Below are positions 7,637 through 18,098 of a stretch of 64,000 nucleotides of DNA, in pieces. The notes beneath the pieces are model-generated. The model was not told the DNA's origin. It searched no databases and saw nothing but the letters and a program-made list of their open reading frames with translations. Positions within the stretch are counted from its first letter, which is position 1. Each line of letters begins with the position of its first letter. Both the position numbers and the translations under genes were made by a program. Source of the stretch: Nitrospirota bacterium (lineage in GTDB: Bacteria; Nitrospirota; Nitrospiria; SBBL01; JAADHI01); contig JAJDBX010000046.1 in NCBI GenBank assembly GCA_029261135.1, positions 16,158 through 80,157 on the forward strand. Reading direction: 5' to 3'.

Positions 7637-7648
7637 TGTTACGTATAG
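7637..7648. repeat. right terminal inverted repeat TGTTACGTATAG
   Basis: Perfect 12/12 reverse complement of 5612-5623. Confidence 0.7.
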
Positions 7649-7783
7649 TCGGATGAATTCAAGTTTCCTATCTTCGCATTTCTGGTCCCAATTCCACATC
7701 ATCAATAAAAGAGAACCCTTCCCTTTAAAACAATGTGCCAAAATAGACTCGGTTTCCAAAATTACAATTTCAGGACAGCTGCC

Positions 7784-10738
7784 TTAATCTCCCATCTCGG
7801 CGAAGGGATCAATACCACGATTTTCTTTCATCCATGACCAAAATGGCGAGAGAGGCGGTCGCTCACCTGACTTTCCTTTTTGATTTTTTAGAAATTGCGT
7901 CATTTCTTTTGCGACCAACTTTCGTGCCTCTTGGGTTCGTCCGGCACTCGTGAGCGCATACACTTTGTAATTAAAGGCATCTCCCTGAAGTTTCGAATCT
8001 GCCTCTGCGCGGGTAAAAGATGCAATGGCGTCGTTATAGTCTCGGTTCGACAATTGCTTCATCCCGAGATGAATCTGCATCATCGGGTCTTTTAATTCTT
8101 CAGCACTGGCAGCACTTAAAATCCTCTGGTAATCGGCATTACTGCCCATCAGCCAAAGTGGCATTGTATTTAATGACGAACCTGTTAAAAGACGATCGAT
8201 ATCAGCGATGACTTGCGTGCCGCCCGCAGCGAAGCCAAACCAATTCCGATTAAGGATGTCTTGAAATGAAAAATAAGCGAGGGAGTCTTGCCGAAGGCGC
8301 TCGGGCCAAAGTCCTTTGATGAATGGACTTTGAATAAAACGCTTTTGTGCTGCGGTAATATCCATCCATTGGTCAATCAGTTTCACGAGCCCCATTCTCG
8401 GGCCAGACGAGCCGTGTACCCTTTTGGGGAAATTATCCACCAGAGGCGGGGCCCCTTGCGTGATTTGATTCAGATAGTCTGCATCCCCGATAAAAAGCGG
8501 GCCGAGCTGCTCGGGGCGCTCTAAACCCAAATCGGTGAGTTCTTTGGAGACGACCGGGTCTTGCCATTGTTTCATAAAAGTGGCATCCGAAACAGGGCCT
8601 TTGGCATTGCGTGTGCCAAACACCATCAAATCAAGCCATTGCCCATGCCATAAAGAACAATCCTTGAAAACATCGCAAAAAGCACGCAGAATAGCTTTGA
8701 TACTCATGGCATCGAGGGCATGTAAGGGAAGCCAATAGCTAACCATTCCGCCTTCATTCAATCGATCGTAAAGGAGTTGAAAGTATTCTCGCGTATAAAG
8801 ATTCACCACACCGGAAATTTCAGGCGGGGGCGGTTCTGCGGTAATCAAGTCATAGTGTTGCTCAGTGGTTTGGAGGAAGTAACGGCCGTCTTCGATGTGG
8901 ACTTTAACTCGGGGATCATTCAGCGGGTGTGTGAGCGGGTCGGGATAAACATTGTGATTCATCTCCAGAATATCTCGAGAAATATCCACTACATCAATTT
9001 GGCGCAAACCTTTGGAATCGGTCAATGCCTTTGCCGTACTACCGACCCCGTATGAAATCAATAGCGCATCTTTAGGATCTGGATGCACGGCAAGAGGTAA
9101 ATAGACAAACAGTTTCATGTAACGGCGCGAGCGGAAATCTGAGCTGGACATCGAATAAGAATTGGTGATAAGCCGATAGGCGAGCGGCTTTTTCTGCCAT
9201 TGCTGCTCTAAATAGGTGATGGTCTCAATTAGACCTTCACGCACCTCTGTGATTTTACCGACCTCTTTGGGTGAAACCAGGCGCTGGCTGGGCACAAGGA
9301 TATGGTGTTTTTCCATATCCCCGATCGGGAAAATCATGATGCCCACACCAAAAAGTCCTGCACTCACGTAGGTTGTACGGGGAACATTTGATCGCCCAAT
9401 CATTAGAAGTAAACCGATGATTCCGTAAAGGGCTGCAATTAAAAAGAGAGCGCGTTCAATACCCAGGGTGGGCAAAAAGAAAAACCCTGCGCTGAACGCG
9501 CCCAATGCGGCTCCGATTGTATTTGCAAGGGTCAGTGCGCCAGTGGTCGCTGTTTCAGACTGAAGATGACCACGAAGCGCCGTCCCAATCAGTGTAAAAA
9601 AAATCCCCGATAAAAAAGATACCGGAAACATGAGAGGGAAACCGACATTAAAAATCCCAGAGGCCTTTGAGATCACCGCTTGCGTGTACGGTTTGACGAT
9701 GTTCGGAAAAATCGCATAAGTCAGGATACAAAAGACACTCAAAAGAAAAGCCATGGATGCCCCTTCTTGGGCAAAGGCAGGTTTTTTCTTCAAGAGACCG
9801 GAGGCGGTAAAACCACCAAAGGCGATCCCGGCCAAGATAATTGCCAGCATCAACGAAAAAGATGCCGAAAGCCCTGAAATAAAAAGCATCAAAAAACGGA
9901 ACCAAATGATTTCCAGAGCCAAGAGACAAAAACCCGAGAGAAATGCTGCGGACAGAAAACGAAGCACGGTGCTTGTTTGCTCAATAGGCTCACTTGTTTC
10001 TGTTTTAAGCTTTGCCTGATTTTCTGTATTTTCGATATTGCGACCGATTTTCCATGCAATCGCGGCAACACCAAAGTTCAACACCCCCGCAAACCAGGCG
10101 GTGGCGTGGACTCCAGCGGCCTCAACCAACACAAATTCAGTTAACAGGACACCGATCAAAGCGCCGAGTGTATTCCAGCCATAAAGCCGCCCCAAGACCC
10201 TCCCAAAAATTGGATCATGCTCAGACAAGGCTTTTGTAAGTAAAGGGAGTGTAATCCCCATTGCCGTTGATGGAATCAGCAAAAGCAAAAAGACAATCAG
10301 AAGGCGTAAGACATTTAAAACCCAGGGCTGGTCAATGACCGAAGAAAATAAAGGCCCAAGTAGCACACCCAGTTTTGGCAGCAAATAAACTAACGATACG
10401 CCTGTGACACCAATCACAAGTTCAGCAATCGCATAGAGTCGAATCGGATTTTTAAATCGCCCCCGTTCTCTGGCGGCCAATCCATTGCCCAAGGCAAGAC
10501 CGGCCATAAATCCGGAGAGGACGAGGCTTGAGGCCCAGATACTATTGCCAAAAGCAAGCCCCGCTTGTCGAAACCAGAGGGTTTCAAACATTAAGGCGGA
10601 TGATCCAGAGATCAAAAAAATCGTGCAGAGCAAGCGTGTCATCAGTAAGCGCTTGGCACTTGGAATGTCCTGAGGTGAATTGTCATCGTCGGAGAAAATC
10701 CTAGTAATAAACTTTAATCCGTCTGTTCTGTACTGCAA
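7784..10738 (-). CDS. fused polytopic membrane / spermidine-synthase-like (AdoMet-fold) / TPR-like protein, 984 aa
   Basis: The N-terminal ~470 aa has more than 10 hydrophobic segments. The central part [52 protein letters not shown] is a spermidine-synthase-type fold. The C-terminus has TPR-like helices. Confidence 0.6.
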   Translation of the reverse strand: MQYRTDGLKFITRIFSDDDNSPQDIPSAKRLLMTRLLCTIFLISGSSALMFETLWFRQAGLAFGNSIWASSLVLSGFMAGLALGNGLAARERGRFKNPIRLYAIAELVIGVTGVSLVYLLPKLGVLLGPLFSSVIDQPWVLNVLRLLIVFLLLLIPSTAMGITLPLLTKALSEHDPIFGRVLGRLYGWNTLGALIGVLLTEFVLVEAAGVHATAWFAGVLNFGVAAIAWKIGRNIENTENQAKLKTETSEPIEQTSTVLRFLSAAFLSGFCLLALEIIWFRFLMLFISGLSASFSLMLAIILAGIAFGGFTASGLLKKKPAFAQEGASMAFLLSVFCILTYAIFPNIVKPYTQAVISKASGIFNVGFPLMFPVSFLSGIFFTLIGTALRGHLQSETATTGALTLANTIGAALGAFSAGFFFLPTLGIERALFLIAALYGIIGLLLMIGRSNVPRTTYVSAGLFGVGIMIFPIGDMEKHHILVPSQRLVSPKEVGKITEVREGLIETITYLEQQWQKKPLAYRLITNSYSMSSSDFRSRRYMKLFVYLPLAVHPDPKDALLISYGVGSTAKALTDSKGLRQIDVVDISRDILEMNHNVYPDPLTHPLNDPRVKVHIEDGRYFLQTTEQHYDLITAEPPPPEISGVVNLYTREYFQLLYDRLNEGGMVSYWLPLHALDAMSIKAILRAFCDVFKDCSLWHGQWLDLMVFGTRNAKGPVSDATFMKQWQDPVVSKELTDLGLERPEQLGPLFIGDADYLNQITQGAPPLVDNFPKRVHGSSGPRMGLVKLIDQWMDITAAQKRFIQSPFIKGLWPERLRQDSLAYFSFQDILNRNWFGFAAGGTQVIADIDRLLTGSSLNTMPLWLMGSNADYQRILSAASAEELKDPMMQIHLGMKQLSNRDYNDAIASFTRAEADSKLQGDAFNYKVYALTSAGRTQEARKLVAKEMTQFLKNQKGKSGERPPLSPFWSWMKENRGIDPFAEMGD

Positions 10739-10962
10739 ACAACGACAGCCGTAGAATACTAAGATATGCCAAAAAAAATATCAACAGCCATTCTAAAGAA
10801 GGTCATCTACGATAGATCGCGTTTGCCTTTCACTTAGAAAAATCGTTATTATCCATAGTTAATCGTAACGTTCTGAGAAAGTCAGGGGATAAGCTGTTTT
10901 GTCCTTAATGATTTCTCTAAAAGAACAAGAGGGTGTTTTTACTTTTTTGTACAGAGGCTGCA

Positions 10963-13900
10963 ATGAGTAAAGTAAAACGATCCATCTCCGATGGCGAGGC
11001 TCTGGTCAAAGAAAATGCCCTTTTAACCGCAATCAACCGGGCGCATGAACATCTGATCACAGAAGCAAAACCCCAACAATTATTCGATTCCCTCTTGAGT
11101 GACTTTCTCGAATTAACGGATAGCGAATATGGTTTTATCGCGCAAATTCTTTACAAACTCGATGGGACGCCTTATATCAAAACCCATGCTTTTACAAACC
11201 TGACCTGGGATGATGTAAGCTGGAAGTTTTATGAAGAAAACATGCCTGAGGGTCTTGAATTTACAAATTTGAATAATTTATTTGGTCAGGTTGTAACGAC
11301 AGGCGAAGCAGTCCTTTCCAACAACCCCGCCAATGATCCCCGAAGCGGTGGCATGCTAAAAGGGCAACCCCCCTTAACAAAATTTCTTGGCCTCCCTGTC
11401 TATTTTGGTGAAAAACTCATCGGTGAGATTTGCCTTGCCAATTGCTCAAATGGCTATGATCAATCCACTGTTGAATTTTTACAGCCACTTTTAAAAACAG
11501 TTGCCCAAATTATTGAAGTGTATAAATCAAATCAACATCGCCAGGAATCGGAACAGCTTCTAAGGGAAAGCCACGCCCAATTCAAAGAAATTTCAGAAAA
11601 TATTCAAGATGTCTTGTGGATGTTTTCTCCAGATTTCTCGGAAACGCTTTATGTGAGTTCGGCCTATGAAACCGTTTGGGGTCGGCGTTGTGAAGAGTTG
11701 TATCAAAACCCGATGGATTGGCAGAATACCATTCACCCGGATGATGTCGCCCGGGTTATTAAAAAATTAGAACAAGTCACGGACAAAATCGTCATTGAAT
11801 ACCGCATCATTCACCCCGATAAATCGATACATTGGATACGGAATCGCGCCTTTCCGATTAAAGATGACAGCGGTCAAATTTATCGTATCGGAGGCATTGC
11901 TCAGGACATCACGAATCAAAAAACAACGGAAGTCGCCTTACTCAAAACACGCGATGACCTTAAGGAACGCGTAAAGGAAAGGACACAAAACCTTGCAGAA
12001 GTGAATAAGTTACTTGAAGGCACCTTTTCGAGCATGGGAGAGGCGATACTTGTGATTAATCCAAAAACACGAGACATCCTCTCCTGCAATCCGGTCGTGG
12101 AAAAAATATTTGGGTATTCAAGGGATGAAGTCATTGGGGAAAATGCCGAACTATTTCATGTAAATCATGAATCATACCGTTTGTTTGGGAAAAAAATGTT
12201 TTCGGCATTAGAGCAAAGTGGTGTTTTCAAAATGGAATTTGATCTCAAAAGAAAAAATGGAGCAATTTTCCCCGTTGAAAATACGATTACTCAAGTCAAA
12301 AATGAATTGGGAGAAGTCATCGCTCTGGTCAATGTTGCACGTGATATCAGTGATCGGAAAGAGTCGGAAAAGACCATCAAAAAACAGATGCGTCATCTGG
12401 ATGCAATTGATCGCATCAGCAGATTATCTCTGCAAAGCGATTTCGATGTCATGTTAGAGAGTGTTCTTGAGGAGATGTTGTACATCTTCCCCTGTGACCG
12501 GGCTTGGGTGCTTTTTCCATGTGACCCGAAAGCCGAGGTCTGCCGTATTCCTATGGAACGGACACGGACAAAATGGCCGGGGCCTTTTGAATTAAAGGTC
12601 GATCTCCCCATTCTTCCAGGGATGGCAGAAATGTTTGAAACAGCCTTAGATGATGGGGGGGTGATTTGCTACGATCCAAATTCCCCTTTGAAATTGCAGG
12701 AAGCTTCAGAAGAATTTTCGATTCGCTCGCAGTTGGTGATCGCCCTCCATGTGAAAGGAAGCCCTCCCTGGCTATTGGGGATTCACCATTGTGAGGAAGC
12801 CCATATTTATACAGAGGAAGAACAGAGTATTTTTTATGATATTTCCCAAAGAGTGCGCGATGGTTTGATCAATTTACTTGCGATGCAGGATTTAAAAAAA
12901 AGCAGAACCAGTTTAGCCGAAGCCCAGCATATAGCCAAACTCGGAACCTGTCGAATAGATATGCTTAGTAATGTGATGACTTGGTCAAACGAGGTCTACA
13001 GGATTTTGGGCTTTGAGCCCCAATCATGTGAGGCGACTATTGAGCGCTTTTTAGAAACTGTGCACCCTGAAGACAGAGATTTTTTTAAAGAAGCACATGA
13101 GGAGGCGTTTCAAAGTAAAAGCCCTTCTGATATTGTCCACCGTCTCCAATTGAAGGACGGGACCATAAAATATATTCATGAAATCTTCGAGATACAGTTT
13201 GATGATGAAGGAAGCCCGATACGCACTGTCGGGACAATACAAGATATTACAGACCGTGTTCGCGCAGAAGAAGCACTAAAGCTCTACAAGTTTTCATTAG
13301 AACAGGCGCCGGAAAGTATTTTTTTTATGACACCCGACGCGGGATTTTCATATGTGAATATCAAGGCCTGTGAATCACTTGGTTATACATCGGGAGAACT
13401 CTTAGCAATGAAATTATGGGACATCGACCCCACTTTCCCGAAAAAACGGGGGGAAGAAATTATTACGGGACAAGAAGAAACAATACACACCGAAACATTC
13501 CATCGTCGAAAAGATGGCGTCACTTTTCCCGTAGAGGTTTGGGCAAAACACCTCTGGATTGGAGATACTGAATTTCACGTTGCATTTGTGCGGGATATCA
13601 GTACTCGAAAAAAATCAGAAAAAGAATTGCGACTCATGGCGGCGGTCTTTGAAAATACGGCAGAGGCCGTCATGGTGACAAATCCCGATAATAAAATTAT
13701 AGCGATCAATCAGGCCTTTACAGACATTACGGGTTACACAGAAACTGATGTGTTCGGGAAAGATCCAAAAATCCTAAAATCAGAAAAACATGACCGAGGA
13801 TTTTATCAATCCTTGTGGGCTGGGATTGAGACCGCCGATCTTTGGCAAGGGGAACTTTGGGATCGGCGTAAAAATGGAGAGATATTCCCGGCGTGGTCAA

Positions 13901-15297
13901 CGATTACGGCTGTAAGGGATCAAGATCAAAAGCTGACGAACTATGTTTCAGTTTTTTCGGATATCTCAACAATCAAACGCTCACAAGAGCAGTTGAATTT
14001 CTTAGCGCACCATGACCCTTTGACCGAATTACCCAATCGTATTTTGTTCAATGACCGTCTAGAGCATGCCCTTATCCGGGCACAACGCGAAAAAAAATGC
14101 GCGGCCATTTTATTTCTGGATCTGGATCGATTTAAAAATATCAACGACAGCCTGGGGCACCCAGTGGGTGATGTTTTGTTAAAAAAAGCTGCAAGCCGTA
14201 TCTCAGAAATGGTAAGGAAAGAAGATACGGTCGCACGCTTGGGAGGGGACGAATTCATTGTGCTCATTGAAGAAATAGAGGGCGCGAAAGAAGCCGCATT
14301 TTTGGCTGAAAAAGTCCTCTCAGCATTCAACAAGCCCTTTGTCATTAAAGAACGCGAATTACACCTTACCGTCAGCGTGGGAATCAGTCTCTATCCTCAA
14401 GACGGGGTAGACAGCGCGACCCTGGTGAAAAATGCAGATGCAGCCATGTACAGGGCAAAAGAGGAAGGGCGAAATGACTACGAATTCTACACCACAGCAC
14501 TCACCACGGCAGTTTTCGAACGATTGACCATGGAAAATGCCCTCCGCCACGCTCTGGATAATAATGAACTCGTCCTCTACTATCAACCCCAGCATTCCCT
14601 GAAAACAGGAAAAATCATCGGCGCTGAAGCCCTTATTCGCTGGAGACATCCTGAAATGGGCTTGATTGCACCCACCAAATTTATCCCTTTAGCTGAAGAA
14701 TCCGGGCTGATCGTATCAATTGGGAAATGGGTTATGCGGGTCGCAAGCAGACAAATGCAGGATTGGCTTGATGTGGGTTTTACCCTACGACACATGGCTG
14801 TGAATGTGTCTGGTGTGCAAGTACAACGTGGGGAATTTGTCGACACCGTTCGGGACGTACTTGAAGAAACCGGTCTTGATCCGAAACGGCTCGAGCTCGA
14901 AATTACAGAAACCTTTGTCATGCAGAAAACCGACTGGGCCATCAGCGTGCTCGACAAGCTCAAGTTGTTGGGTGTGCGTATGGCAATTGATGATTTTGGG
15001 ACGGGCTACTCTTCTTTGAGTTACCTAAAACGACTTCCCATTGACAAGTTAAAAATCGATGGCTCTTTTGTTCGGGATATCGCGCAAGATACGGACGATG
15101 AGGCCATCGTCCGTACCATTATTGTATTAGGCCAGACCCTTCAACTCAACGTGAATGCGGAAGGTGTCGAAACAGAAGAACAAAAAATATTTTTGAAATC
15201 TTTGGGCTGCGATGAAGTGCAAGGTTATCTTTACAGTAAACCATTGCCTTCTAAAGAATTTGAAAAACTGCTTGAGGCACAATATCCTGTGCATTAA
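10963..15297 (+). CDS. GAF-PAS(x4-5)-GGDEF-EAL signalling protein (c-di-GMP turnover)
   Basis: ATG 10963 follows AGAGG. Several PAS/PAC blocks are present (..IHWIRNRAFPIKDDSGQIYRIGGIAQDITNQK etc.). Motifs RLGGDEFIVL, EALIRWRHP, DDFGTGYSSL and EGVETEEQ are intact. Confidence 0.9.
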   Translation: MSKVKRSISDGEALVKENALLTAINRAHEHLITEAKPQQLFDSLLSDFLELTDSEYGFIAQILYKLDGTPYIKTHAFTNLTWDDVSWKFYEENMPEGLEFTNLNNLFGQVVTTGEAVLSNNPANDPRSGGMLKGQPPLTKFLGLPVYFGEKLIGEICLANCSNGYDQSTVEFLQPLLKTVAQIIEVYKSNQHRQESEQLLRESHAQFKEISENIQDVLWMFSPDFSETLYVSSAYETVWGRRCEELYQNPMDWQNTIHPDDVARVIKKLEQVTDKIVIEYRIIHPDKSIHWIRNRAFPIKDDSGQIYRIGGIAQDITNQKTTEVALLKTRDDLKERVKERTQNLAEVNKLLEGTFSSMGEAILVINPKTRDILSCNPVVEKIFGYSRDEVIGENAELFHVNHESYRLFGKKMFSALEQSGVFKMEFDLKRKNGAIFPVENTITQVKNELGEVIALVNVARDISDRKESEKTIKKQMRHLDAIDRISRLSLQSDFDVMLESVLEEMLYIFPCDRAWVLFPCDPKAEVCRIPMERTRTKWPGPFELKVDLPILPGMAEMFETALDDGGVICYDPNSPLKLQEASEEFSIRSQLVIALHVKGSPPWLLGIHHCEEAHIYTEEEQSIFYDISQRVRDGLINLLAMQDLKKSRTSLAEAQHIAKLGTCRIDMLSNVMTWSNEVYRILGFEPQSCEATIERFLETVHPEDRDFFKEAHEEAFQSKSPSDIVHRLQLKDGTIKYIHEIFEIQFDDEGSPIRTVGTIQDITDRVRAEEALKLYKFSLEQAPESIFFMTPDAGFSYVNIKACESLGYTSGELLAMKLWDIDPTFPKKRGEEIITGQEETIHTETFHRRKDGVTFPVEVWAKHLWIGDTEFHVAFVRDISTRKKSEKELRLMAAVFENTAEAVMVTNPDNKIIAINQAFTDITGYTETDVFGKDPKILKSEKHDRGFYQSLWAGIETADLWQGELWDRRKNGEIFPAWSTITAVRDQDQKLTNYVSVFSDISTIKRSQEQLNFLAHHDPLTELPNRILFNDRLEHALIRAQREKKCAAILFLDLDRFKNINDSLGHPVGDVLLKKAASRISEMVRKEDTVARLGGDEFIVLIEEIEGAKEAAFLAEKVLSAFNKPFVIKERELHLTVSVGISLYPQDGVDSATLVKNADAAMYRAKEEGRNDYEFYTTALTTAVFERLTMENALRHALDNNELVLYYQPQHSLKTGKIIGAEALIRWRHPEMGLIAPTKFIPLAEESGLIVSIGKWVMRVASRQMQDWLDVGFTLRHMAVNVSGVQVQRGEFVDTVRDVLEETGLDPKRLELEITETFVMQKTDWAISVLDKLKLLGVRMAIDDFGTGYSSLSYLKRLPIDKLKIDGSFVRDIAQDTDDEAIVRTIIVLGQTLQLNVNAEGVETEEQKIFLKSLGCDEVQGYLYSKPLPSKEFEKLLEAQYPVH

Positions 15298-15453
15298 AAG
15301 GGCCGAGTCAGTAGAAACTTTTCTGAAGAGAATATTTTCAACTTGAACATCATTGTGACCTTTGGAGTGAGATCAGAAACAGATCAGGCTTACTCATCGT
15401 TTACCCAAGTATCACTCTCCTCGCGAAGGATATTGAGCATATCCATCTGATAA

Positions 15454-16131
15454 TTAAAGATCAATATGCCTCTTAACGAAATTCAGCGATTGAATCGGCT
15501 TATGGATCAAACAGGCATTGAGCAGACGATAAGGGAGCTCGTTTTCCCAGAATCTACGATTAAAACGATAGCAGAATTCATCCAGGTATTCTTGCAAGTA
15601 GCCACTGGAAACACCATGAAATGTGCCGTTCAAAAATGTCTTCAAGTTACCGATGACGTTGTGTCCCCAAGGCAGCCATTTCCCGGCTTCCTTGCCGGAC
15701 GTTACACGGCTTTCATGAAACTGCGTCGTATGAATTATATTCATAGACCAAAAAGCGTCTGCCCGGACGGTTTGACCGGGGCTGATGCACTCATCAACAA
15801 AGTGTTTCACTGTTTCTTTTGAGATCGAGTCCACAACTTGTGCCGAAATCCCTCCTTTGTCTGCCCCGGCGAAGTAGATGGCCCAAAACCACTTTACCAG
15901 CGGCAGCTTGGTCGAATGAAAGAGGGTTCCAGGCGTTGCGGAAACCTGATGAAAATACCGACTGCAGGGATGAAGGCGACGAGTAGAAATGAGGGACGCG
16001 ATATGATGTCCACATTTCGGACACTGAAACCCTTCGGGACACCGGATCGCGCGCAAGGCGTCAATACACGCAGATTCCTCACCATAACGCTCTTGCCATT
16101 CAAGAAAACTAACTTGTTCCATTTTCATCAA
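15454..16131 (-). CDS. IS1595/ISXO2-like transposase, 225 aa, likely defective
   Basis: N-terminal zinc ribbon CPEGFQCPKCGHH, then TLFHSTKLPLVKWFWAIY, then C-terminal LNGTFHGVSSGYLQEYLDEFCYRFNRRF. The second Cys pair is degenerate. About 90-100 aa between GGISAQ and VVDSISKE, which normally carry the first catalytic Asp, appear to be missing (judged from memory of the family). The stop lies 9 nt outside the IR. Confidence 0.7.
   Translation of the reverse strand: MMKMEQVSFLEWQERYGEESACIDALRAIRCPEGFQCPKCGHHIASLISTRRLHPCSRYFHQVSATPGTLFHSTKLPLVKWFWAIYFAGADKGGISAQVVDSISKETVKHFVDECISPGQTVRADAFWSMNIIHTTQFHESRVTSGKEAGKWLPWGHNVIGNLKTFLNGTFHGVSSGYLQEYLDEFCYRFNRRFWENELPYRLLNACLIHKPIQSLNFVKRHIDL
15465..15477. 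repeat. IS1595-like terminal IR (left)
   Basis: TATGCCTCTTAAC is the exact reverse complement of 16184-16196. Confidence 0.7.
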
Positions 16132-16183
16132 AAAGATCCTAATAAATTGAATTTATTGAATTAAACTCCAATGACTGAGTCTT

Positions 16184-16196
16184 GTTAAGAGGCATA
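16184..16196. repeat. IS1595-like terminal IR (right)
   Basis: GTTAAGAGGCATA is the exact reverse complement of 15465-15477. Confidence 0.7.
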
Positions 16197-16231
16197 AAGA
16201 ATTATTCTTTGAGTTTAGAAAAGAATAGGAG

Positions 16232-17110
16232 ATGAACAGCATGGAAAAAGGAGAAAAATTAAAAAGTTTGGCCAGAGATCTGGCGAAAGATATAAAAACC
16301 GAGAAAGATTTGTCAGATTTAAGCCAAACCTTGCTAAAACTCTCTGTTGAGACGGCGCTTGGTGTTGAAATCGATGAAGATCTTGGCTATGAGCGGCATG
16401 CTCCTGCCAGCCGAAATTCGGGTAATAACCGAAATGGACATTCCAGAAAAAGGCTCAAGGGAGATTTTGTCGAAATAGAAATCAAGCCACCTCGGGATCG
16501 GAACGGCTCTTTTGAACCTCAACTTATTAAAAAAGGTCAAACGCGATTCACGGCGTTTGAAGATCAGATTCTAGCCCTTTACGCTCGGGCGATGACCCAC
16601 GGGATATTGGCTCAGCCTTTCACGAAATGTATGACGCAGAGGGTCCCATCCCCTCATCTCCCTCCCGTGTAACCAACGCCGTCATTGATGAAGTACAGGC
16701 CAGGTAAGAGCGTCCCTTGGATGCACTTTACCCTATCCTGTATTTGGATGGGACCGTGATCAAAGCCCTTCAAGACGAGCGAGTCATCAATAAAACGGTC
16801 TATCTTGCTCCGGGCATCAATACAGAGGGTCAGAAATAGTCTGCGATATGTTGCCGCGAAACACATGAAAGAAGTGGCATCGGATCTCAAGGCAACTTAT
16901 CGGTCATTTACCGTTGATGAGGCCGAGCGAGCCCTTTTGTCTTTTTGTAAAAAGTGGGATCATCACTATCCCAAGATCGGAAAGGAGAGTGATCTACACG
17001 ACCAATGCCATTGAATCGCTCAATAGCGTGATCAGCTTAGCCATTAGAAATTGGAAACCCGCACTAAATCGGTTTGCGATTGAATTCGAAGGGCGTTTCC
17101 AATTGAATTG
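16232..17110 (+). pseudogene. IS256-family (mutator-type) transposase, heavily degraded
   Basis: The N-terminus LGYERHAPASRNSGNNRNGHSRKRLKGDFVEIEIKPPRDRNGSFEPQLIKKGQTRFTAFEDQILALYARAMT is IS256-like. There is a frameshift near 16600 into RDIGSAFHEMYDAE..RVTNAVIDEVQAR*ERPLDALYPILYLDG..NTEGQK*. The catalytic core is deleted. C-terminal pieces KEVASDLKATY..KKWDHHYPKI and VIYTTNAIESLNSVI..IRNWKPALNRFAIEFEGRF lie in other frames. Confidence 0.8.
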
Positions 17111-17134
17111 AAAATTACAGTTACACAAAACACT

Positions 17135-17688
17135 TTACAGGGCCGCCATAAAACCTTTCCGGCCTACATAAGCTTCGGTGGGGATGCTTTCAGGATAATC
17201 GATGGCTTTTTCAATCACAGATTCTACTCGTTTCGGCATCTCAATCGGCTTGATCTTCGTATTTCGGGTATAAGGATTTTGAACTGCTTTGGCAATGCTC
17301 AGATCATCCGAAATATTCTCGCCACCCTGAGAAGGCCTTTTGTCCTTAAAGGACTGAATAAGAAATCGCACAAGGAAGCTGATAAATCGGGGTGTTCAAG
17401 CCGAATATCCACAAGAATCGCACTATTTTGGTGAATATTATTTGTGATAGAAGAAGGGATCGTTGTGTCTGAGATAAAGAGAATGGTCCCGTTTCGGTTT
17501 TTAGCGCGGAAGGAGGTCAGCAGGTTCTCATATTTTGGAATATAGGGCATAATACAAAAATTGTTTTCATTCCATTCTTCTATGAAAGACCGGATCATGT
17601 CCTTCAATTCCAAAGCAACGATTTTTGCGTTCAAATGAGAAAGTGAGAGTATTGGAGGTAAAACAAGGTGGAAGGTAAAGTAAAACAA
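17135..17688 (-). pseudogene. unidentified gene split over two frames (possible frameshift)
   Basis: Two overlapping minus-strand ORFs (17299-17688 and 17135-17371) read through each other's ends. No recognisable motif. The region abuts the IS256 wreck. The call is weak. Confidence 0.25.
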
Positions 17689-18018
17689 TTTGCCGTATTT
17701 CTTTTTATTTTAATGATAGGAGCATTTCATTCCTCTCTTTCTCATGCGGAGGAGAATAAGATAATTGCACAGTTTTCAGGGAAAGAAAAGGTGAAGACCT
17801 CTCTCTTTACAACACCCGGCCCCTGGATCATTCTTTATCTCGCTGAAAGTCCGATTGATATTGTTGTCAGAAAAAAAAATGGCGGGTTTGAGAGTACGGC
17901 AATCCAAAACGTTGAGACCGGAAGCAAGGGAAGTGCAGTGCAAGAAAAAGCGGGGACATATTACTTAGACATCGATGCCTATCGACCTTGGCACATCCAA
18001 ATCAGAACTGTGGAATAA
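17668..18018 (+). CDS. small secreted protein, unknown function
   Basis: Signal peptide FAVFLFILMIGAFHSSLSHA|EE. 116 aa with no known motif. It contains an in-frame A9 run (17871-17879). Confidence 0.45.
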   Translation: MEGKVKQFAVFLFILMIGAFHSSLSHAEENKIIAQFSGKEKVKTSLFTTPGPWIILYLAESPIDIVVRKKNGGFESTAIQNVETGSKGSAVQEKAGTYYLDIDAYRPWHIQIRTVE

Positions 18019-18089
18019 ATTGATTGCTCGCTTCTTTTATTCCCAATTTTTTCTATCATTTTTTAGGAGATGCATTGGGACATGCTTTC

Positions 18090-18098
18090 TGTTATAAT
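18090..18098 (+). promoter_or_regulatory. possible extended -10 promoter (TGTTATAAT) for rhlE
   Basis: TG-n-TATAAT at 18090-18098 would give a ~160-nt leader containing the hairpin GACGCA..TGCGTC (18111-18130). Long leaders are usual for cold-induced DEAD-box helicases. Confidence 0.3.

Larger units (their letters stand above)
5612..7648. mobile_element. candidate 2,037-bp mobile unit: two tyrosine recombinase genes bracketed by 12-bp inverted repeats
   Basis: CTATACGTAACA at 5612-5623 and its exact reverse complement TGTTACGTATAG at 7637-7648 lie 15 nt (5624-5638) and 23 nt (7614-7636) outside the two-gene block. There is no other content between them. Confidence 0.4.
15465..16196. mobile_element. 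IS1595-family element, 732 bp, probably an internal-deletion derivative
   Basis: Terminal inverted repeats TATGCCTCTTAAC (15465-15477) and GTTAAGAGGCATA (16184-16196) are perfect 13/13, with imperfect extension to about 22 bp. They enclose the single transposase ORF. Confidence 0.65.

Noticed and set aside
13941-14963. Several 96-134-aa minus-strand ORFs
   Set aside because: They are antisense to the GGDEF-EAL domains, whose motifs are unambiguous on the plus strand.
15454-16131. Calling the IS1595-type element fully intact because the ORF is uninterrupted and the IRs are perfect
   Set aside because: The protein seems to lack the segment carrying the first catalytic Asp and has a degenerate second Cys pair. 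I left it as likely defective, pending alignment. An IS1016-size natural element remains possible.
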